From Eledone cirrhosa (taxonomy: Eukaryota): a DNA stretch of 64,000 nucleotides. Shown one piece after another: positions 54,992 to 64,000 of this stretch; within the stretch, counting starts at the first letter, position 1, and each line of letters begins with the position of its first letter. The translations under genes were made by a program, and so were the position numbers. The notes below the pieces were generated by a model. That model ran no database searches. It was not told the origin of the DNA and saw nothing but the letters and a program-made list of their open reading frames with translations. The DNA is taken from the NCBI GenBank assembly GCA_964016885.1, contig OZ024744.1, positions 81,840,001 through 81,904,000 on the forward strand, written 5' to 3'.

Positions 54992-55203
54992 CAGGCATGT
55001 CAAACTGAGGGTCCCCTGAGGGACACGTGGGTCACCACATATGTGTTGTCTGAGGGCTACACACGACAACGAATTGCGTCAATTACAACTAAATTTTTAA
55101 AATTTTATCTTACGAAGATAAAACATGCTCGAGCTCTGAAAACCTTTGTGCGGGCCGCAGGTGTACTAGTAAAGGGCCGCAGGCCGCATGTTTGCCATGC
55201 ATG
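54992..55203. mobile_element. hAT-type MITE
   Basis: Imperfect TIRs CAGGCATGTCAAAC / GTTTGCCATGCATG; 8-bp TSD CTCTAGAG at 54984-54991 and 55204-55211. Confidence 0.85.
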
Positions 55204-55334
55204 CTCTAGAGACTCTGGGAAAACGACAACATACATCTTTCCATCGCTACGCATATAGCTACACACAGACAGACACACGTGCGCATAAATATACACGGAA
55301 ATACATTTATTTATACGTACAACATATAAAAGCG

Positions 55335-56320
55335 TAAAAAAGACACCCTTCGGTCACGAATGACCATGGAATTTGTACCTAGAAAGTTTCCCTCCAAGGC
55401 ACAAATCCGGGTAAGGTTATTTGTGGAAGGCCACAGCAGTGACCCATGCATACCAGTCACCCCTCTCCACTTCACTGATGTTGTCCAAGAGAAAGGCAAT
55501 GGCCGACACAACTTGGCATCAGTGACGTCGCAACTAATATATACATTATATATACACTATATACACGCTATATATATAGACTGTATAGTATATACACATC
55601 ATATATAATGTTGTCCAAGGGAAAGACAAAGACCGATACAACTTGGAACCACTGACGTCACAACTAATATATACAATATATATATACACGCTATGTATAC
55701 ACTATATATTATATATACTCTACATACACACTATGTATAGACTGTATAGTATATATACTTCATATATGATGTTATCCAAGGGAAAGGCAATGGCCGACAC
55801 AACTTGGCATCAGTAACGTCGTAACTAATATATATACATTATATACACACGCTGTAGAGGGTCGGACGCCATGCTTTGACGCATAGAGTTACGGCCCTTG
55901 CCATTCTGAGTTCAAATCCCGCCGAGGTTAACTCTGCCTTTCATTCTTACGGGTGTCGATAACATAAAGTACCAGTAATGTACTGGGATAATTGCTGGCC
56001 TTGTGCCAAAAGTAGAAACAATTATATACACACGCTGTGTATACACTATATATTATATATACACTACATACACTATGTATAGACTATATAGTATATATAT
56101 ATATATATACATCATATATGATGTTGTCCAAGGGAAAGGCAATGGTTGATTCAGCTTGACAATAGTGACGTCGTAACTCATTTCTACTGCTGAGTGAACC
56201 GAAGCAACGTGAAATAAAGTGTCTTGCTCAAGGAAACAACGCAAAGCCCGGTCCGGGAATCAAATTCACAATCTCACGATTGCAAGCCCAACGCTCTAAC
56301 CACTTAAGCCATGCGCCTTA
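55335..56320 (-). mobile_element. tRNA-derived SINE with a four-fold amplified internal segment and a nested second SINE
   Basis: GATGTTGTCCAAGGGAAAGGCAATGGCCGA..GTGACGTCGCAACT at about 55477, 55607, 55768 and 56120; tRNA-like head at 56245-56318. Confidence 0.75.
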
Positions 56321-56534
56321 TACAAACATACATGCACAACATATACACACATACAAACATATACACCCATACAAGCACATACACACATACGCACACACGT
56401 GTATGTATATGTATGTGTGTATGTATAATTTTGTGAGCGTTCGATTAAAAATATGCATTTATTTCAATGACTATGCAATTGATAAAAAAATCACCAGAAA
56501 GATTCAAATGTGATAGTTATTGTGAATATCCCCG

Positions 56535-56828
56535 TCTCTCTCTCTCTCTCTCTCTCACTTACTTTCGCTCTGTCTCTCTCCCCCTCTGTCTCTCCGTCTC
56601 TCTGTCTCTCTCTCTCTCTCTCTCTCCCTCTGTCTTTCCGTCTCTCTCCCTCTCCGCCTCTCTCTCTTTCTCTCTCTGTCTCTCCATCTATATCTCTCTC
56701 ACTTACTTTCTCTCCCTCTCTCTCTCTCACTTACATTCTCTCCATCTCTCTCTCTCTCTATCTTTCTCTCTCTCTGTCTCTCCGTCTCTCCTCCTCTGTC
56801 TCTCCGTCTCTCTCCCTCTGTCTCTCCG

Positions 56829-56862
<34 letters not shown>

Positions 56863-57256
56863 ACTTACTTTCTCTCCCTCTCTCTCTCTCACTTGCATTC
56901 TCTCCATCTCTCTCTCTCACTTACTTTCTCTCCGTCTCTCTCTCTCTCACTTGCATTCTCTCCATCTCTCTCTCTCACTTACTTTCTCTCCGTCTCTCTC
57001 TCTCTCACTTACATTCTCTCCATCTCTCTTACTTTCTCCCCCTCTCTCTCCCTGTATCTCCGTCTCTCCGTTTTTCCTTTTCTTTTACTTCTTCTTCTCT
57101 CCCCTTTCTCCCTACTACAGATTATCTTGTAGTATATTATTGTTGTTATTGTTGTTATTGTTGTTATTGTTATTATTGGTGTTGTTAATGTTGATGATAT
57201 TTCTGTTACTGTTGTTTTGTTTTGGTAGTTGTTCTTGATATCGTTGTTGTTTTTGC

Positions 57257-57293
<37 letters not shown>

Positions 57294-57308
57294 ATGTTGT
57301 TGTTGTTA

Positions 57309-57341
<33 letters not shown>

Positions 57342-57533
57342 CGTCGTCGCCGACTATGCTGATGTTGTTGCTGATGATGTTGTTGCTGATGATGTTTATA
57401 TTTTTGTTTTCGCGGTGGTCGTCGTTGCTGGTAATAATATTTTCTGCTGCTTTTGTTGATTTGTTGCCTCTGTTGTTGTTGTTGTTGTTGTTGTTTTTGT
57501 TGTTGTTGTTGTTGTTGTTGTTGTTCTTGTTGT

Positions 57534-57600
<67 letters not shown>

Positions 57601-57860
57601 CCTTTTGTTGTTAATATTGTTTGCTGTTCCTGTTGTTTTTTTATTGCTGCTTTTGCTGTTGTTGTTGTTGGTGTTATTGGTGCGTTTGCTGTTGTTGTTG
57701 TTGTTTTTATTGGTGCGTTTGTTGTTGTTGTTTTTATTGGAGCTTTCGCTGTTGTTGTTGTTGTTTTTATTGGAGCTTTTGCTGTTGTTGTTGTTGCTGT
57801 TGCTGTTATTTCTGTTGTTGCTGTTGCTGTTGCTGTTGCTACTGTTGTTGTTGTTATTAT
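56535..57860. repeat. (CT)n-rich cryptic repeat followed by (GTT)n cryptic repeat
   Basis: Direct reading; switch at about 57120. Confidence 0.95.
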
Positions 57861-58384
57861 TTGCAGCACGAACTTCCATGAGTTGTCATAGTGCTGTTAG
57901 AGATAGACTAGGTCATTTAACGCACACAGGTGGACTAAAAGCGGCCTCTTACAGCTAGCAGCATATATTATCGATTGATTATGGACAGTATCAAAGCAAT
58001 GTAAAATATTATAATTGATCTTGAGATACAGCAGGTTCCCTTAAATTCATAGTTTTGACATTTGGTCTCGACCTTTGACACAGCCCAGAAACAAAGGCCA
58101 ATGCTTAATCAGAATGAATGAGGCTGGCACCGATGTATAAGGGGAGGTTATTTTCTAAAAGACCATGTGCATAATTTAGCAACGAGGCAAACAGTTCAGC
58201 CGTGAACCGAATTCTTGACACGCACCATTCATAGATACACCCCACCCACCCAACCACCCAACCAACCCACCCATCTTTTTATACATACCTCACCTCATCC
58301 CACAACACCACCACACCTTATGCCCCACCAACAGTGACACAGTAGATTTAATGGCATTATGGTATAACCATTTCTTGAAATGTT

Positions 58385-58423
<39 letters not shown>

Positions 58424-58474
58424 CTGTGTGGTGTGTGTATGTTATAACTACCTATCTATTTATATGTATATGTA

Positions 58475-58539
<65 letters not shown>

Positions 58540-58588
58540 GTTTATCCCGGGCTCAATCGGGGTATACACATACTTATATATATATATA

Positions 58589-58760
<172 letters not shown>

Positions 58761-59079
58761 CATACACACACACACACACACATATATATATAAATATATA
58801 AGTATGTGTATACATATATATGTACACATAAATATATATGTATATCCGCACACATGCCTGAAGGATCTCATGCAAAGAAAAACTCTGATTAGCGACGGAG
58901 TAAATAATGAAGGTAGGGGATAATTATGTATAGAAATGTAAAGTAGGAAAGGAGTACTCAAAACATGCAGTAGAGTGAAATTTTATTTACGTAAATTCGA
59001 GTGCGATCATTCAGCTTTTATTAAAGTGAATGAAGAAAAGAAAGATATTGGGCTAAATTTATAGAAAGGTGGGGCAGGC

Positions 59080-59340
59080 CGTTGTAGCGGGTGTCGCTGG
59101 CCATTGTCCGCAGAAATACCTTTGCAGTTTTGTCCGCGGGGCGCAGCCGAAACACAGCCTTAGGCTCAGAGTCCATCACTCTCTCTCTTTCCCCACCCAT
59201 TCTTCTGTGGCCCAAGAGTTCTTGCTTTTTGCCCCCTTTTCCTCTCATTTATGGCATTTATAGTCCTTTCCTCTACTTTCCCATACAGACAGATCTGCCC
59301 TCCTTTACCCCTTCCTCATTTTCTCATTATTAATTTTGTT
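59080..59340 (+). mobile_element. CRE-clade extreme 3' fragment
   Basis: RVSLAIVRRNTFAVLSAG matches RVSLAVFRGNVFSILSAG of the 13636 element. Confidence 0.65.
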
Positions 59341-59574
59341 TTTATCTTTCTTTTTCCTAATTATGTAATTATCAATAGTTTTAAGCTAGCCTTGTGAGTT
59401 TAACTTGAAAGCGTAACTTGGCTCTCATTTGGTCGGTAAAGCTCACATAGTAAGCCTAGAGGCTTCTGTTGGAGTTTGATGAATTCAAGGGAGATTATGC
59501 AAGAGCATTAATTATCTGGACGTGAGGAGAGATAACTGTATTGTATTGTATTATATTATATTGTATGTATGTAT

Positions 59575-60110
59575 GTCGGGTCACTCTTGAGTGCTACTGG
59601 TAACATGTAACCCAGTACAACCTGTCGCATGGTCAGGTCGTCGGCGACTAAACCGGCAACCCCACCAAGTTTTCTTGGTGAGGAGGGTGATTTTGGACAC
59701 CCTGCAGGACAAAAAACAAAACCTGACAAAGGGCGGAAGAACTCATAAGAGTCAACGGCCATCCAAAAGTGTGTAAATATGTATATACACATGTACCGGG
59801 TGGTTAAACCACTGGGAGTGAAGGACCCCTAGCCTTTGTCAGAGCATTCTTCTAGGAGAATGCAACTCAGGAAACTGGGATAACTCCGATATAAAACCTG
59901 CGGCTCAGTAGTTACCGATGATGTTGATCTTTTCTTCTTTTCGGGTTATAGCTATTGTCGCTCAGAGAGTGGGATTGGCTCAGTGCACAGTCTTTCCTCA
60001 CTTTAAAAAATATCTTCATGCACAGGCATTCCACGATAGAATTAATTACTAATTATTAATAATGGTATATCGTGCAATGGCCATACTCGATAACGAGGGG
60101 GCAGCCATCA
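59575..60110 (+). mobile_element. Diverged relative of the RTE-derived non-autonomous element
   Basis: Homologous 5' region and 3' end GGCCATACTCGATAACGAGGGGGCAGCCATC followed by (TATG)n. Confidence 0.8.
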
Positions 60111-60592
60111 TGAATGTATGTATGTATGTAAATATGTATATATGTATGTATACATGCATACATGCATATTATGTATATATATATATATATGAATGTATGT
60201 ATGAATGTACGTATATAATTGTTTCTACTTTTGGCACGAGGCCAGCAATTACCCAGTGCATTACTGGTACTTTATTTTATCGACCCCGTAAGGATGAAAG
60301 GTAAAGTCAACCTCGGCGGGATTTGAACTCAGACCGTAAAGGGACGTAACTACGCCGGAAAGCATGTACGTATATAATATCGCCCTTACCCGCACGCATG
60401 CAGACATACATACATACCTACCTAGTTGATGATGTCTAAATTCCAATGAGAGAGAGTCTTGTGTCTATGTTAGAAACCGACTCTCTCTATTGGGAAAAAA
60501 TGTATAAAATTATAAAATCAGAACATACATACATACATACGTACATACATATGTACATACATACATACATACATACATACATACATACATAC

Positions 60593-61364
60593 ATGTCATC
60601 GCGGTACTATCGACCCACGAGGCATGATGTAGTGGCCAAAACACTGTACAATGCAACCCGTAGAAAAGATAACCCTGATAATAAACACATTAAAAGCTAC
60701 AGCAATGTGGATAACATACATATACATAATATGAAAGAGTACTGGTGGAATGTTCCAGTAAAACCCCCAATAAAATGCAGGCATAACAGACCAGATATAA
60801 TGATATGGGACAGGGAAAAAAAGGCATGCACAGTAGTGGAAATTAGCTGCTCAGCAGATGCCAATATAATATCAAAAATTAGCGAAAAGGAGAATATTTA
60901 TGCAGAACTAATGAGAAATCTGCAGATACTCCACCCTGATTAGACCTTCAGATTTATGCCTGTGATTATTGGGGCACTGGAGTATGTTAGTAACTGACTC
61001 AATACAAATCTTGAGAAGCTGGGTTTCACAGGAATACAAAGAACACAACTAGTTAGGAAATTATAAGTCCAATCCATTAATTAGATAGACAGTAAAAATA
61101 TGTAAAACATTCCAAATATTTTGCATCTAATAACTGCATACACACATGTACAGATACAAATCATATGCACATGCACACATACAACTCAAAACATCCACAT
61201 CCACACATACAATAACATCCATATCTACATACACATGCATGCAGACATACATAATCTACCTAGTTGATGTTGTGTAAATTCCAATGAGAGAGTCTTGTGT
61301 CTATGTTAGAAACCGACTCTCTCTCTATTGGGAAAAAATTTGTGAAATTATAAAACCAGAAGAA
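60593..61364 (+). mobile_element. R4/Dong-clade non-LTR 3' fragment with (CATA)n tail; a further 3'-end-only copy at about 60400-60522
   Basis: RHDVVAK..HNRPDIMIWD..VVEISC..EKENIY restriction-like endonuclease; flanked by (CATA)n on both sides. Confidence 0.82.
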
Positions 61365-61374
61365 CATACATACA

Positions 61375-61408
<34 letters not shown>

Positions 61409-61437
61409 CATACAAACATACATACATACATACATAC

Positions 61438-62170
61438 ATGATGGCTGCCAACTCGTTTTCGAGTACGGCCACTACTTTATATCCATGTAGGAGAACGCCT
61501 ACCGATGCGCTGAACGAGTGTGACTTTTTAGTCCAGCCAGCGTATTGAAAACTCTGGTACAAACACTACACCTGTGACAATTATTGACACATAGTGCTGG
61601 GCCATGATTGGTAGAGAGATAGGTAGATAGACATGTATATATACAACCCCACCAAGGTTTCTTGGTGAGGAGGGTGACTTTGGACATCCTGTAGGACTAA
61701 AAACAAAACCTGTCAAGGGGCAAAGGAGCTCTTAAGAGTCAATGGCCATCCAAAATCACCGGGAGAGATGACCCCTTAGCCTTTGTCAAGGCAGAATTCT
61801 AGGAGAAGGAAAACTCTGATATAACACCTGCAACCCTGATGGTATCCAATGATGTTGACTTGTTCTTCTTTTTGGTAAATATCATCTTGGTTAAGAGAGT
61901 GGGACTGGCTTTGTGCAGTGCCTTTGCTCACTATATAAGCTTCACGGCACAGGCATTGCTTTATATCTGGAGATCTCTCTGCACTTGTCGTCACATGGTA
62001 CCATGGGCCCAGCACTATGTGTCAATAATTGTCACAAGTATAGTGTTTGTACCAGAGTTTTCAAGTCGCTGGCTGGACTAAAAAGTCACACTCGTTCAGG
62101 GCATCGGTAGGGGTTCTCCTACATGGATATAAAGTAGTGGCCGTACTCGAAAACGAGTTGGCAGTCACCG
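61438..62170. mobile_element. Two RTE-derived non-autonomous copies in divergent orientation (61438-61605 minus, 61645-62170 plus)
   Basis: Homology to 53081-53689. Confidence 0.85.
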
Positions 62171-62260
62171 TGTATGTATGTATGTATGTATGTATGTATG
62201 TATGTATGTATGTATGTATGTATGTATGTATGTATGTATGTATGTATGTATGTATGCATG

Positions 62261-64000
62261 TTCTTCTGGATATTTCACATATTTTTGCCAATAGAGAGAG
62301 AGAGTCTATTTCTAACATAGTCACAAGACTCTCTCATTGGAATTTACAGAACATCAACTAGGTTGATATGTCTGCATGTCTGCATGCATGTGTGTGTAGA
62401 TATGGATGTTATTGTATGTGTGGATGTGTATGTTTTAAGTTGTATATGTGCTTTGTATCTGTACATGTGTAAATAAATTTTTGGAAAGTTTTTCATATTT
62501 TTACTGATCCATTAATGGATTGTACTTGTAATTTCCTAACTAGTTGTGTTCTTTCTGTTCCTGTGAAACCTAGCTTCTCAAGATTTGTATTGAGGGAGTT
62601 ACTAACATACCCCAGTGGCCCAGTAATCACAGGCATACATCTGAAGATGTAATCAGGGTGGAGTATCTGCAGATTTCTCATCAGATTTCTCATCCTTTTT
62701 GCTAATCTTTGATATTATATTGGCATCTGCTGGGCAGCTAATTTCCACTACTGTGCATGCTTTCTTCTCCCTGTCCCATATCATAATATCTGGTCTGTTA
62801 TGCCTGCATTTTATTGGGGTTTTTACTGGAACATTCCACCAGTACTCTTTCATATTATGTACATGGATGTCTTTCACATTGCTGTAGCTTTTGATGTGTT
62901 TATTATCAGGGCTATCTTTTCTATGGATTGCATTGTACAGTCTTTTGGCCACTACATCATGCCTCATAGGTAGATAGTACCGCGATGACATCTTTGGACA
63001 GCTGCTGATGACATGGGTGATATCCTCGATGTTAGTTCTGCAGAGTCTGCACTTGTTATCACATTTAGATGTTTTGCCTGCATCCCTATCTCTTTTGTGA
63101 ATCAGGTATTTCGTGCTAATCTCCTGTTCTTGGATTGCAAAAGCGTATCCTTCAAAGTGGGAGCCAATATAGCGGTTGTTGGTCCAAGAGAGACTACTTT
63201 CCTTATCTATATTACTCTCACTCTGGAGCTTCCTGGCAACATATCCATGCATGATTTTTTGCTGATAAGCGTGCAGCTTTTCATCCATGGATTCACTGCG
63301 ATACTGCTGAGCGACTTCCCTGGATGTGAGTTTTTGATTATCACACAGGGAATATCTCTCGAGGAGTTCCTTCCCAACTCTCGTGATCTTATCTGTTTCG
63401 TGCAGATAGGCTTGCTCGAGAAACGGGCTCCTACGCTTCGAGGTTCGTAGATGTTGTCGGAGAGATATGATGCGACATTCAAATGTTGTCTGGACTGATT
63501 AGGCCTCTGCCTCCCTGCTTACGTTTCAAGTAAAGGAGGTCTATGTCACTGTTGATGTGGAAGTTTCCGGTGTTGTTTAGTATTTTTCGAGTTCCAACAT
63601 CAACTGCTCGGATTTCGTCTATCGTCCAATTGAGTATTCCAAACGTTGGTGTTAGGACAGGCACATCAAACACATTGTGAGCCACTGTTTTTTTTTGCGC
63701 AGAGAGTTCCGATGACCAGATCTTTCTTAATCGGGTGTAGTATTCCCTGGTTACGCGTTCCTTATTACAGATACCATTATAGGATATGTTCTCATCTATC
63801 CTCAGGGATCTGTAGCAGTCCTCATCAGATATCGGTGAAACAGTTAGACCATTGATGGCTATGTTGCTAGATTGGGTTGTTGTTTTTCCCCGCTTTACAG
63901 TCATGTACGAGCATTTATCTTGGCCAAACTCCATTCCTATATCCTTTGAGAACGTTGTAACCAGGTCAAGATTTTTCTTCATCCCATCTATGTTCTTGGC
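62261..64000 (-). mobile_element. R4/Dong-clade non-LTR retrotransposon (RT C-terminus, CCHC, restriction-like endonuclease), runs off the window
   Basis: DIGMEFGQDKC, LYLKRKQGGRGL, AIQEQEISTK, CRLCRTNIEDITHVISSC, RHD..RPD..E. Confidence 0.88.

Overview
Eukaryotic, repeat-saturated DNA. The SINE families and microsatellite density suggest a coleoid cephalopod (Octopus-like); this is inference. The window is dominated by non-LTR retroelements: five copies of a two-ORF Tx1/L1-type LINE (four of them in a ~20 kb head-to-tail array joined by (CTAT)n), several Penelope-like elements (PLEs) with at least seven recognisable type I hammerhead ribozymes, CRE, R4/Dong and RTE fragments, an RTE-derived non-autonomous element arrayed in (TATG)n, SINEs and one hAT MITE. 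Best leads: (1) Tx1 ORF2 is bracketed by a consensus splice donor at the ORF1 stop and a YAG|G acceptor that is the ORF2 stop codon, in every copy and in both subfamilies, so ORF2 may be an intron; (2) arrays in which the tail doubles as the landing site, with a DPE-like motif at base 1 of the full-length copies; (3) a small spliced, possibly secreted peptide gene at 11.8-12.8 kb whose paralog differs more in the exon than in the intron; (4) a triplicated E2F/E-box/CCAAT cassette in a PLE terminal region. All alignments and folds were done by eye and boundaries are approximate.
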